From Eledone cirrhosa (Eukaryota), in NCBI GenBank assembly GCA_964016885.1, contig OZ024740.1, positions 338,706,001 through 338,770,000 of the forward strand: a stretch of DNA of 64,000 bases. The letters are read 5' to 3'. Of this stretch, positions 41,440-55,900 are shown piece by piece. Position numbers and translations under genes: made by a program. The notes under the pieces are model-generated. The model worked only from the letters and a program-made list of their open reading frames with translations, was not told where the DNA came from and did no database searches. Position 1 is the stretch's first letter. The number at the start of each line of letters is the position of its first letter.

Positions 41440-42952
41440 ATTATAGTTAAACGGGCTACGGAGTGAATACCGTATTTTAAAAAATATATAGACAGTAACA
41501 GCAAAACTCATTCGTTGCAAAACTGTATGTTTGTATGAATCTGTAACTCTTGATGGAGTCGTAGATGCGCCGTACTGACATTCATTGTGTCTTGGGCATG
41601 TTAAGCCTGGTGGTGTCCATCCCTCTCCAGGCCTGAGTACAGCAGATTTCTTCCAGAGAAAGGGGAAATGAGAAAGAGATATAGAGGTAGAATCGGCCCA
41701 GTACTAGACTGGTACTTTTTTGATCGACCTCGCATTTTAAGCCTGGTGGTGTCCATGCTCCTCTCCATGTCTTAATACAGTTAGTTTCGACTTGAGATAG
41801 AAAGAAAGCGATGAAGAGATATAGGAGGAATCAACCTCAGCAAGTTTTGAACTGCAGTGAGTGCGGCGAGCCGGAACGAATGCCGCAAAACAGTCCATCC
41901 GGTGTTCTAATAGCATTGTTGCGAAACTACCGAATAGGGACAAAATGACCATGGAGAAATCTGAGTATCGGATACTACTATAGGAAGCTCACGTTCTACA
42001 GAAAAATGTTCTCCAGCCTGTTGAAAAGTAACATGGATCCTGAGCGTAATATGTCAGTTTGGTTGCTAGTTGCACAAATACTACTCGTAGCTGAGCACCA
42101 GGATACAGATATAGTTAAACAGCTATATAGCATGCTTAAATGTTATGTATAAAATGTAGTCAGGATGATTGAATGTAATTCTCATTGATCACTGTGAAAT
42201 AAACAACGTAGAGACCCCACAACAAAGGAAGTAAAGCAAGAATAATAGTGGCATGTTTTGAATATTTTAAGCTTGGGGGAGCCCCCCACCCATCTAGGTC
42301 TGAACGTAGCCAATTTCTCCCTGAAAAAGAGAGGGAGAGTGATAGAGAAGAAGTGGGAAGAAAATATAGAGGAGAATCGTCCCAGTAATGGACTGGTTCT
42401 TATTATTTTTATCGATCTCGAAAAAATAAAGGGCGAAATTGGCTTCGGTGGAAGCATTCTATCTGACGTAATGATTCTGCTAATTCACCGCTTTCGAAGT
42501 TTACTTATAATATGTTTAAATAGTTGGTACGCTCTGCCAAATTTTTAAGTGCTATAATCGATGCCATTTAAACAAATCTGAAAGCAACGTAGTCCTCACA
42601 ACAATCACAAAGAACAGAAGCAACTTCTATTGTCACAAAAAGAATGAGATTATCAACAAAAATATACCGCGGTGGCAATTTTTTTGTACTGTCCTTCCTT
42701 CATCTTGGCCGTAAACCCATTGTGAGCTCTGTTGATGAAAGTGCCAAGACTACGTGTTAGGATCACAACAAAGGAGAGGTACACGCCTTTTGTCATTGAT
42801 AACTGGATGTGTTCAGTCAGAGATATTTATATTATCAACATGGGGCATTGAAATAATGTTCGGTCAGTATAAATGTTCTGTTTTCAGAGACAATCGAAAA
42901 AAGATTGTTGATCAGCTAATGACATTCTGTCTTTTTTACCTATGTGAGTATG

Positions 42953-43147
42953 CAGACCTGTCAATTCTCCCCGTCCTGCGGGGAGATCTCCCACCCACTT
43001 TGGGGTGGGTGAGAGATGTTTTCTTTTGTGAAAATGGGTATAGCTTTCATTATATAGGATCCCCCCACTTTACCTAATTTCTCCCCGTTTTGGGGAAATT
43101 TTTTTCATGGTACTCCCCGTTTGGGCTTTTAGAGGTTGCCAGGTCTG
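42953..43147. mobile_element. MITE (195 bp)
   Basis: TIRs cagacctg(t/g)caa / ttgccaggtctg; flanking direct repeat gtatg. Confidence 0.7.
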
Positions 43148-43526
43148 GTATGTATTAATTGGGATACTGACACATCGTATTTGAAATTGTGTTTATCATT
43201 GTTAAGTCTGGTCCGAATAGCAAACATTACCTGATTGGCACCAAGTCACATGAAACCGTCCCTGGTTCTACAATAAAAAACATTTTATTTTAAAGTGATT
43301 ATATTTATCTAAAACCTTCCATCATATTTTATGTAAGAACCCTTGTTAAGTTATGTACCAAACACCAGCGAGTTGTATTAATAAATCCCACCAAATTCCT
43401 GATTATTTGGATATCATTCAAAGGGTATTTCATGAGATATATGGTAAGTAAAGGGTCAAGTATCTGATGACCTTGTAACAATCATATTTGGTAATGTAGT
43501 ATCACTCTGACCAGTATGTCAATATT

Positions 43527-43815
43527 AGTGGTTAACGTCCTGAACTCACGATCGTAGAGTTGTGAGTTCGATTTCCGGACTTGGTGGTGCGTTATGTCTT
43601 TAACCAAGACATTTTAATATACATTGCACCTGTCAACCCATATGACAAAAATGGGTTGTACTTGTAATTTAAGGGGCCAGCCTTATCACACATTGTGCCA
43701 TACTGAATCTCCTTGAGAACTACGTTAAGAGTGCAGGAATCTGTGGAAAGTTCAACCACTTGCACGTTAATTTTAATCGCATGTTGTTCCATTGATTGAA
43801 TCTACTGGAACGTTC
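43527..43815 (+). mobile_element. SINE family B
   Basis: tagtggttaa..gagttcgatttcc head; body homologous to 39816-40335. Confidence 0.7.
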
Positions 43816-44143
43816 ATCGTTGGAGACGACGGAGGGCCAGCAGTAAGAATAGCGAAGAAAGTAGAGAGTCAGTATGTATGCCGACCTCAGGAAAATAACT
43901 ATGTATTTAGATCGACCAGGAAAAACAAAGTGACCTCTGTAAAAGAATGACAATTTAAATCTACCGTACACCAAGAACATGATAACAGAATAACAATTCA
44001 TTATAAAATGAACATAAAATACTGGAAACAAAAAGCTTAGGAAAAGAAACAATCGCCTGAAGGTGGCAGATGTGTGAAACTCGAATCGGAAGAAAAAGAA
44101 TTTGTTTTAAATAAACGAAGTTTTAGTGTGTGCATATGTTTGC

Positions 44144-44196
<53 letters not shown>

Positions 44197-46746
44197 GTAG
44201 TAGGAAGTTTGCATGTGTTTGTGCCAGTGAGAATGTATGCGTACATCGTATTACGTATATTGTGTGTATATATATATATGCGTCTTTTATGAATGTGAGA
44301 ATGTGTGTGCGCGTGTGTGTGCATATGTGTATGTGTGTGCGTGAATGTGTTTGTGTGTGTATGTGAATGCGTATGTATGTGTGTTTTGTGTGTGAAATAG
44401 CTTTCTCTTTTAAACGCACGACTGAGCTTCATTCAGTTTTATCTCTTTATTAAGAATTGTTTCTTACTTCACTATTAGTCCTTTATAGTTTGTTTGGAAC
44501 AATAAAATTGTTTGAGACCATCAACTTTTCTAAGACCTTTCTCTTTGTCTTATCTTCAGGGCGAGAGAGTATTTATTATCAACGTCCTTATTACAGTTTA
44601 TTATTGGTGAGATTCACATGAATGATGTTGTCTCCCTTTTTGGATTCGTTATCATCGGGTTTACACGTTTTTTGCTGTTTTGTTTTTTTGTTCTGTTTAC
44701 CATTAACGTCCTATTTCTTTAAGCAACCAAACGATAAAACCAAAAAGGTTTAGAAGCGTCCATGGAGCCAGGCGTTTATTGTTCTAAACAATACATAAAA
44801 GACTAATAATTGTTTCTACGTTAGGCACAAGGCCAGTACATAAAAGACTAATAATGAAACACAAAATGTTCTTAGAAAAAATAGATAAAACTACTACATA
44901 ATCGTATTTTTCAATAATACGTACACACACACACATATAACTTACACACATGCTACACGTGCACACACATCACATAAATACACACATCACACACAAATCA
45001 CATGCACCCACAGATCACATACGTGCATACATACACACAAGTTGTACATCTCAGTAGATCAGGTGATACAATTAAATGGTAATATAGTCACCTAAAATAA
45101 ATGTTATTAACCACAGACGTGAAGTAAAACGAGAAAATTACTAGTTGACTTATTAATGCTATCCAAGAAAGAGAAGGAGACAATCTCGAAATGGAATGTT
45201 GATGACAAACAGGTTTAGTCATGTATTAGATGTTATAATTTCGGATATGTTTCGATCTTATTAGATCTTCTCAGCGAATAAATGTCTTTGCCAATACTGC
45301 AAGACACCGAATAAACATTGGGCACGGTCGGCCTCTGGGTAACTTGGTGTCACAAATTAGTTTATAATGGAAAATATTAAAACCACAACGATGCAGTCCG
45401 GCTCAATCAGTGACAGAGTGCGTGACGTTTAAAGCCAACCACACTCCGAAAAAAATCATATGACCTACTGTAACTTCAAGCCAGCTGACAGATAGGTGCT
45501 CCGCAAGTTTTATGTACTTCAATACTGATACTTCAAATAAAAAATGTGAGTGACAAAAAAAAAAAAAAAATTGGATGTATGCCTTTAGATCCCATATACA
45601 ACCAAAACTCACAGTCCCATGTGATTTATTCGTAGCTGTGCTTGCCGCACTTCAGGTAAAGTACGCAGCCTACAACGTTTTGGGTCCGGATGATATCTTC
45701 CTTCTCTGCAAACTGGAAGTTTTTTCCCCAGCATTACAACTCCTGCAACACAATCCTCTAAACCACGATGGATGCCTCCACCCTTCTCACCACCCACATC
45801 TCTCGCCTCTTTAATCATAACCAATCTAATTGATTCCTTGTCAAAATTATCTCAAAATACAGACCAAATATCATATTACAAAGTATGGAAGTACCATTTA
45901 ATTTAATGTTCATCATCAAATTTGGCCGGGTAATTCACTCGATCCAAATTTTAAATTATTTTAAATCTAGCGATAATGAGTTTGTCAGTTAGAACATCAT
46001 TCCCCACATACCAGCAATGCCCCATTATCACCATTGTATTCAGAAACTGTAGCTGAAAAGGTCTTGAAATATTAAAGAACTAAGGAATGTTCTCGTTTCC
46101 AATTAAATATAAAAGATTAATGAAGAAATATGGAACATTAAAAAACAAAGAACAGAAAAACAAACTGGAAATGAAACTCTACAAAATTAACGGCTTTGCA
46201 GTATCTCTATACAAATGAGCATACAAGATATAAATATTGGGAGAATTTAATCAACATTTTCAAATAGTTCGGCCTTAATATTTCATTTAGCTCCAACACA
46301 AGCATAATCGAATTGTTAGGTCTAACATCAGACATAGTGACTGTTGAATAATAACTATATAAAAGAACCCAAATATAAAGCTAGTATATATAAATAAAGA
46401 TTTTAATATGTGTTTATAAATAAACATATATTAAAAACATAAATATTTACCAATATATGTACAAGAATATCAATCATATCCTTAGATAGATTAAGCAACC
46501 TTCGACAAATTTGCCGGTTATTACATTAATATATTAGAAAAATGCAGATTTAAAGCTTTTTGCGCAATCGCAAGCAACAAATAAATAAACAGAGAAATAT
46601 AACAACGTCGAGTTTGACCGACCCTATAACTAAAACAGACAGATAAAACAACTATAGATAAATCAGTTAGAGCTAGAATGTTTTTAGCTTTAAAAGTCGT
46701 GTTTCCTTAACTATAAAACCACCGTTTAAAACGAAGAAAACAACCT

Positions 46747-46781
<35 letters not shown>

Positions 46782-47294
46782 TACTTGAAAGATCGATGTG
46801 TAGAACATTTTGATATCACATGATCAATCATCAAACACAACACACCCTTCATAAATGGTGCGAGACAATGCCAATTACAGGTAAATGCAATATAGTTAGT
46901 TCTCAACCAAAATCGATTATTTAAGTAAACAGAAGCAATAACGTCAAAATTCTGTTATAAAACCAAATTGTTGACGACCAGACTGCTTTCCGATATGTTT
47001 GTCATCAAACCTATAACTGTGGTGATTTCTGGCGTCCTATGAACCACCTCCCTACTTACTGCGATCAGGGTAGAGTTGGCCATTCGTAAGAAAGAACCAC
47101 GCGTGCTGGATTGGGTCTTTTAGCACAGATCTCTTACTATGCTCTGGGGAAACACATTTGAAATTCTGTCCGCTGGGACCACGAGGCAACATCCTCGTAG
47201 CTTTTTGTACTTCGGAAGGAGAGAGAGAGAGGGGGGGGGGATGAAATAACGTGACCACTTTTCGTCGATTGATTCGTGCTGTTACCCTTAAAAC

Positions 47295-47525
47295 CTACAT
47301 ACTTACATACATACATATATACATACATACATATATACACACATACATTCATACTTACATATATACATACATACATATGTACATACATACACTCACATAC
47401 ATACATACATTCATACTTACATATATACATACATACATATGTACATACATACACTCACATACATACATACATACATACATACATACATACACATACACAT
47501 ACATACATACATACATACATGCATA
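47295..47525. repeat. (ACAT)n microsatellite
   Basis: Directly visible. Confidence 0.95.
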
Positions 47526-48390
47526 AATGCCCTGACAAAGGCTAGGGTCCTTCACTGCCAGTGGTTTAACCGCACAGTACATGTGTATATACACTTTCGG
47601 ATGGCCGTTGACTCTTATGAGTTCTTCCTAGTAACTGAAAAATCAATGTTGTCTCTGATCGAGAGGAAGCGGAAGTGGACTTGAATACATCGCTAAATAG
47701 CAGCACAGATAGGAGGACGAAAGAAAAAGAGAAGGAAAATAATGGTATAGTGGACCACAAGCTGCGGTGTCTGTCCTAAATAGAAAGCTAATCATAGCTA
47801 TGATAAAGTTAAATAAAAATCAATATTGTCTCTGATCGAGACGAAACGAGAGTGTATCTGAAAACATAAAAAAAAGAGAAAACAATAACTAGTGGTACAT
47901 GCCGTTAATAATGACGGCAATAATGCTGAACGGATTCTATTTTGGGGGTCCAGAAATTGTTATACGCCCGTGATATACCTTCTCACCCCTTTAAAATCCC
48001 ATCACACTTGTCAGGCATTCATGGCATCATACCTGTTATTCTCCCTTCCCACCCGCCTATTGTCACTCACCCTACAGCCTCCCTTCCACCAACGTTCCTT
48101 CGTAACTATTCTCTACGCATGAATGCATCCAGTACATTCTGTACAGTGGCTGGTGTATCCAGTCACATAGAAAACTTGCCAAGCATAGAGGTAAAAGAAC
48201 ACTTCAGCTGTATCAATGGTATGACAACTTCTCTCGGGTTAGTGTCCCAATAAATTGCACCCTGTAGACTCTATAAAGTGATTGGTTATAGGAAATGCAT
48301 TCAGCCATTGAACATTTGCAAATGACTCAAACGGACTGTTCCATTATGTCAAAGATAATACAACCTCACTAGTGCTGATACTATTGCAAT

Positions 48391-48596
48391 ATCTATATAT
48401 TACTAAAATTCTAACCCTTGTGGCTAATACAGAAATCTATATATTACTAAAATTCTATGATTGCTTGCTTGTCTGTAATGTAATACAACCAAAAGGGCGC
48501 GTAATGGGAAAATACTTTGAATTATTTTTAAGTGAACATGATTTAAAAAAAATATTTTGAAGTTAACGTGACTCAACGGGTCACGTGTGGTCTAGT
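48391..48596 (+). mobile_element. Short non-autonomous Helitron-like element
   Basis: 5' (a)tctatatattactaaaattcta, duplicated at 48435; 3' hairpin cgtgac tcaacgg gtcacg followed by CTAGT. Confidence 0.7.
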
Positions 48597-48871
48597 ATAT
48601 ATGATTAATAATGGGTAAAGTAAAGTAAAGTAATCAAGACAAAAAAAGAAACTTTTACTTCAAAATACGTCTTGCACATTAAGTCTTACAAGACCAACCA
48701 GATACCATAATAATTTGGTATATAGACTGGGAGAAATAGGACTCTTCAGAGAACCGTTTAACCGTGAACAATTTAAAGTGACAATTATCACAAGAAGGGA
48801 AGTAATAAATGGACTTTTCGGAAGCAAGTATCTATATATTTACGTATGCCTGTATCTGGTATTATTTGTTA

Positions 48872-49153
48872 TGGCAGTATCGGTAGAGGATCGGATGCCA
48901 TGCTTTCCAGCATAGTTACGTCCCTTTACGATCTGAGTTCAAATCCCGCCGAGGTTGACTTTGACTTTCATCCTTACGGCGTCGATAAAATAAAGTACCA
49001 GTAATGCACTGGTTTATTGCAGGCCTTGTGCCTAAAGTAGAAACAATTATTTGTTATATATTTGACTTTGCCTTTCATCCTTACGGGGTCGATAAAATAA
49101 AGTACCAGTAATGCACTGGGTAATTGCTGGCCTTGTGCCTAAAGTGGAAACAA
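48872..49153 (+). mobile_element. SINE family A plus tandem 3' half
   Basis: attatttgttat flanks each part. Confidence 0.85.
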
Positions 49154-49432
49154 TTATTTGTTATATATATATATGTGTGTGTGTGTGTCTGTGTCTGTGT
49201 ATTCCAGATTGGCAGAGTCTTTAGAACGCCGGAGAAAATATTTCACAGATTCCTTCCGGGTTTCTGCGCTGAGTTCTCCTACAATATCTCTATCTTGCTT
49301 TTTCTCGTTTAATCATTCTCTGGAGAAAAACAGGGAGATCAGACTTGCAAAACTTAAATTCCCCGACACGCCATATTAGAAGTGGTGATGGCTCCTATAT
49401 ATATAAATATATATATTAAAATAACAGATTAA

Positions 49433-49482
49433 AGTTTAAGCAAAGAATCGCTGCTTTTACCCTTAACGGGATCTTCTGAAAC
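49433..49482 (-). ncRNA. CAGAAGA-type hammerhead-like motif (GAAA>AAAA)
   Basis: Same family as 30582-30632. Confidence 0.45.
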
Positions 49483-49521
49483 GAGCCCTCTTCGGATTTT
49501 AGTCTTCACATTTATTATTAT

Positions 49522-49556
<35 letters not shown>

Positions 49557-49765
49557 GCTGATTAGTTTTTTTCGTTCTTTTGGTATTGTATTGTTGGGTT
49601 TTGCCTGCCGCAATTTTCAATTTGTCAAGCTATCTAAAGGTAATGTTATTACTCTGAGGACCTACCCTTATTGAGTGCTTTGTAACTCATTCCTAATTGT
49701 TGGTCGACTTTGCTTGGCCGCAGCCAAAGCTTCGATTTTAGTAAGCTTCCACTTGTATATATATG

Positions 49766-49816
<51 letters not shown>

Positions 49817-50159
49817 TATAATAGGCATCCACCGCCTGTTTTCCCCTCTTCCCCTTTCTTACCTTTTCTACGCCTCAGTGTCCTTTTTTTGTCTGCACGT
49901 TGGACAGCAGTCCTTATTCTCTTCTGTTTTACTAGTTCCCTTCTTTCTATATTTTTTTCTCCCTTGGCTAAGCCCTTGCGCACTCTGTGTAATTTGCCTA
50001 AAAGCTTAACTTGTCTCTACCTGTTTTGTCATGTCCTAATGTGCACTGGAATGAACGGTGTTGACCTTAATGCACCGGAACCGTAGTAATTCTTTCATTG
50101 ACTTTGTCCTATGCGCTTCTTATTTTGAATTATATATATATATATATATATATAATTCA

Positions 50160-51963
50160 AAATAGGATAGGAAGTACCGCTTACACTGAGGCCAGAGAGG
50201 AGGCACTGATAGAGAAGATCAGAAGTGTGGAGAGAGCGGTTCACAGATCTGGATATAAGGAGAGCTGGATGATCATCAACGAGATCACAGGGAGGAAGAG
50301 AAGGTTTTCGAGTCAGATCCAGGGAACGGGGCCCGAGGATAGGAAGAGGAAATGGCTAGACCATTTTAGGACCCTACTAGGAGAGCCACCCTCCACAGCC
50401 CAGAGCACTGGGGAGATCAGACGGCTGTTTGAGGAACTGGATATTGAGACAGAGCCCTTCACCAGAGAGGAGCTTCAGAGAGCCAAGAAGAGGATCAAGG
50501 AGGATAAGGCTCATGGAGAAGATGGAGTGGCATCAGAGAGGATGAAGAGGTGTGATTTTGATGATATCATCCTGGGGTTCTGTAACCGGGCACTGGAGAA
50601 AGGAGTTGCCCCGAATCAGTGGAGGATCAGTAACATCGTCCCAGTGCCAAAGAAGGGAGATCTCTCTAACACCAACAACTACAGGGGGATCTCACTGACG
50701 TCACTTGTGGCAAAGACCCTCAATAGGATGATTCTTAACAGGATCCAGTCTGAGATGGAGAAGAAGCTCAGGGACAACCAGAACGGCTTCAGAGAGGGAA
50801 GATCAACCACCAGTCACATCCTGATGCTGAGGGGGATATTAGAGGGAGCTAGAGCAAAGTGCTTTCCTGCGGTCATGGTTTTCATTGACTTTAGGAAGGC
50901 TTTTGATTCTGTGGACCGTCACTGCCTGATGAAGATCTTACAGGCTTATGGAATCTCCAAGAAGATAGTGGACCTGATATCACTGCTCTACACCAACACC
51001 AAAGCCCAAGTCATTACACCTGATGGGATGACAGAGTTCTTTGAGATACTGGCTGGAGTGCTCCAGGGAGATACATTGGCTCCCTACCTTTTTATCATCG
51101 CAGTGTACTATTGTATGCACCTTGCACTGGAGAAACACCAGGACTCTGGCTTTACTGTAGCACCGGCTCAGAGCAGGAGAGTTAAGGCGAAAAAGTATCA
51201 GATGCTGAATTTGCCGACGACATTGTTTTGGTGACAAATACAGTGAAGGGGGCAGAGGATTTGATGCGGGAGGTTGAGACTGTGTCGATGAGTGTTGGGC
51301 TGAGAATGAATGAGACTAAAACAAAATATCTGGTAGAGAATGTTGAGAAGCCAGAGGGGATCACTAATGTAGGCGGGAAGCCGCTAGAATTGGTTGAGGG
51401 CTTCCTGTATTTGGGAGCAAAGATTGGGAATACGGAAGATGATGTGGTTGAGAGGAAGAGCAAAGCCTGGGTGTGCCACAGCTTGAGATCGGTGTGGAAG
51501 TCGGACCTTCGTAAAGACCTGAAAATCCGCCTCTTCATTGCTGTAGTGGAGTCTGTGCTGCTGTACGGGTCTGAGACTTGGACACTGACCAAGAAACTCA
51601 CTCAGATGGTGGATGGGTGCTACACGAGAATGCTGAGGAAGGCTCTGAACATTAATCAGTATACACTGAGGATCAAAAACTCAGAGCTGTATGGGAGCAT
51701 CCCAAAAGTCAGCTCAAAAGTGACACAGAGGAGACTGAGGTTAGCTGGACATGCTCACCGACATCCAGAGTTGACATTGCACTCAGTGCTCCTGTGGGAG
51801 CCCCTACATGAACACACTGGAAGAGGAAGACCAAGGGTAACGTATGTTGATGCCCTAAGGACAGACACTGGTCTGTTGGAGACGCAGGACATGGCAGCGA
51901 TAATGAGGGACAGAGACCGCTGGAGAGAACTAGTCCATGGATCTTGGGAATTTTACCCGCCCT

Positions 51964-51965
<2 letters not shown>
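50160..51965 (+). mobile_element. 5'-truncated RTE-like LINE, frameshifted RT
   Basis: NYRGISL, QNGFR, FIDFRKAFDSV, GVLQGDTLAPYLF, frameshift ~51195, then FADD, FLYLG, ESVLLYGSETW, RLRLAGH, GRGRPR; ends in (TA)n. Confidence 0.93.
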
Positions 51966-52010
<45 letters not shown>

Positions 52011-52679
52011 TATACATATATACACAAAGAGAGAGAGGGAGAGGGGTAAGAATCTTTCCCCTCTTCTCTGACATCACGTCCCTCTACTATAATATCCATA
52101 TCCGTCTCTGTATTTATTTTATTTTATTACTTTTTTATATATATATTACCATATTTACCACAAAACATAAGATGTATTGTTCCATATTTCTAAACAAATG
52201 AAATTAAAAATAAATATCACAATATAGTGAATTTGAATAGGAACACTATATGAAACAAACATTTGTGAAAGTTTTAAAAATATTAGTCTGCAGCGTCTAA
52301 AATAAACTTGTCTACTAACACTTTTGAGCGAGTCAATTAGATATGTGCAGACATGGAGATTCGACACTAAAAATAAAGACAGCAACACGTAGGACCCCCA
52401 CCACAGCTTTTAAGCCAGTACAGTACCATAACAAGAACTATTGCAGTAAAATATAAAGGCGACAAACCAAGAACTCTGGTTTCCAAATAAACATCTGCTA
52501 TAGCGTAGGTTTTAAAATAAATATGTAGTCTAAGTGGAATTATTTGCGAAAAAGATGCTAGCTTTAATGGATTTTTAGAGTTGAAGTAAATGACTAGAAT
52601 AAAATATTGGAGAATGTTAAATGGAGTCAGCTTACTCGGCGAAAACTTTTCGACTGTCAAATATCACTTTTGGTGTGTG

Positions 52680-52758
<79 letters not shown>

Positions 52759-52776
52759 GATATATATATAAATGTC

Positions 52777-52832
<56 letters not shown>

Positions 52833-52861
52833 TATATATACATATCTATCTATCTATATAA

Positions 52862-52907
<46 letters not shown>

Positions 52908-52913
<6 letters not shown>

Positions 52914-55900
52914 AGAAAGATCGAGTATCGAAAAATCGGCGCACGAGTTCACGAAAAACGAAATTCGATATGAGCGGCAGAGGGCTCAATAATTCAGATG
53001 AATCAGAGCTATAACTATCGTTAAAATACCATCACATATAGAACAAGTCTACAATCAACCATACGATTTAAAATCGATAAAGGAAGATTCGGGCCAAACA
53101 GATAAAAAATATCAATAAAACAATACGTCAATAATTTAAATGAATGTAAAATCATACCCGGACCCACTAGAAAGGTGTTAAATCTAGCTTCATGGGTTTC
53201 TGTAAATCCTTAGACAGTACTCTATCAGCTCACATATAAATATAAAAGCCTACTAGAATAAGTGGAACGGAGTTTACGTTGTCAACGAGTTTTATCCTGG
53301 CGGCAAAGGAGTCAACTAGCGGTGAAAAACGCACATGGCGTTAGACAAGGGAGATGACCCCTATATCCGCGAAAACAATTCGAGTGAATGTGGAAATACA
53401 CATATCGAATTAGAGTGCTCAATAGACATGTTAAAATAAAACAAAAGCTATTCATCACTCAATAGAATCGACAAAAAATGAGCAATAAAATTAACTGGTG
53501 GATAGCTATGTCCAGAGCTAAATATATTAGAAAGATCGAGTATCGAAAAATCGGCGCACGAGTTCACGAAAAACGAAATTCGATATGAGCGGCAGAGGGC
53601 TCAATAATTCAGATGAATCAGAGCTATAACTATCGTTAAAATACCATCACATATAGAACAAGTCTACAATCAACCATACGATTTAAAATCGATAAAGGAA
53701 GATTCGGGCCAAACAGATAAAAAATATCAATAAAACAATACGTCAATAATTTAAATGAATGTAAAATCATACCCGGACCCACTAGAAAGGTGTTAAATCT
53801 AGCTTCATGGGTTTCTGTAAATCCTTAGACAGTACTCTATCAGCTCACATATAAATATAAAAGCCTACTAGAATAAGTGGAACGGAGTTTACGTTGTCAA
53901 CGAGTTTTATCCTGGCGGCAAAGGAGTCAACTAGCGGTGAAAAACGCACATGGCGTTAGACAAGGGAGATGACCCCTATATCCGCGAAAACAATTCGAGT
54001 GAATGTGGAAATACACATATCGAATTAGAGTGCTCAATAGACATGTTAAAATAAAACAAAAGCTATTCATCACTCAATAGAATCGACAAAAAATGAGCAA
54101 TAAAATTAACTGGTGGATAGCTATGTCCAGAGCTAAATATATTAGAAAGATCGAGTATCGAAAAATCGGCGCACGAGTTCACGAAAAACGAAATTCGATA
54201 TGAGCGGCAGAGGGCTCAATAATTCAGATGAATCAGAGCTATAACTATCGTTAAAATACCATCACATATAGAACAAGTCTACAATCAACCATACGATTTA
54301 AAATCGATAAAGGAAGATTCGGGCCAAACAGATAAAAAATATCAATAAAACAATACGTCAATAATTTAAATGAATGTAAAATCATACCCGGACCCACTAG
54401 AAAGGTGTTAAATCTAGCTTCATGGGTTTCTGTAAATCCTTAGACAGTACTCTATCAGCTCACATATAAATATAAAAGCCTACTAGAATAAGTGGAACGG
54501 AGTTTACGTTGTCAACGAGTTTTATCCTGGCGGCAAAGGAGTCAACTAGCGGTGAAAAACGCACATGGCGTTAGACAAGGGAGATGACCCCTATATCCGC
54601 GAAAACAATTCGAGTGAATGTGGAAATACACATATCGAATTAGAGTGCTCAATAGACATGTTAAAATAAAACAAAAGCTATTCATCACTCAATAGAATCG
54701 ACAAAAAATGAGCAATAAAATTAACTGGTGGATAGCTATGTCCAGAGCTAAATATATTAGAAAGATCGAGTATCGAAAAATCGGCGCACGAGTTCACGAA
54801 AAACGAAATTCGATATGAGCGGCAGAGGGCTCAATAATTCAGATGAATCAGAGCTATAACTATCGTTAAAATACCATCACATATAGAACAAGTCTACAAT
54901 CAACCATACGATTTAAAATCGATAAAGGAAGATTCGGGCCAAACAGATAAAAAATATCAATAAAACAATACGTCAATAATTTAAATGAATGTAAAATCAT
55001 ACCCGGACCCACTAGAAAGGTGTTAAATCTAGCTTCATGGGTTTCTGTAAATCCTTAGACAGTACTCTATCAGCTCACATATAAATATAAAAGCCTACTA
55101 GAATAAGTGGAACGGAGTTTACGTTGTCAACGAGTTTTATCCTGGCGGCAAAGGAGTCAACTAGCGGTGAAAAACGCACATGGCGTTAGACAAGGGAGAT
55201 GACCCCTATATCCGCGAAAACAATTCGAGTGAATGTGGAAATACACATATCGAATTAGAGTGCTCAATAGACATGTTAAAATAAAACAAAAGCTATTCAT
55301 CACTCAATAGAATCGACAAAAAATGAGCAATAAAATTAACTGGTGGATAGCTATGTCCAGAGCTAAATATATTAGAAAGATCGAGTATCGAAAAATCGGC
55401 GCACGAGTTCACGAAAAACGAAATTCGATATGAGCGGCAGAGGGCTCAATAATTCAGATGAATCAGAGCTATAACTATCGTTAAAATACCATCACATATA
55501 GAACAAGTCTACAATCAACCATACGATTTAAAATCGATAAAGGAAGATTCGGGCCAAACAGATAAAAAATATCAATAAAACAATACGTCAATAATTTAAA
55601 TGAATGTAAAATCATACCCGGACCCACTAGAAAGGTGTTAAATCTAGCTTCATGGGTTTCTGTAAATCCTTAGACAGTACTCTATCAGCTCACATATAAA
55701 TATAAAAGCCTACTAGAATAAGTGGAACGGAGTTTACGTTGTCAACGAGTTTTATCCTGGCGGCAAAGGAGTCAACTAGCGGTGAAAAACGCACATGGCG
55801 TTAGACAAGGGAGATGACCCCTATATCCGCGAAAACAATTCGAGTGAATGTGGAAATACACATATCGAATTAGAGTGCTCAATAGACATGTTAAAATAAA

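Noticed and set aside
45826-46052. Extension of the candidate exon through four stops (editing read-through idea)
   Set aside because: Stop density is compatible with non-coding DNA and the phase does not match the upstream block.
53185-53235. Hammerhead-like CTGATAGA..GAAA on the minus strand of the satellite unit
   Set aside because: Core is non-canonical and stems I and III do not form convincingly.
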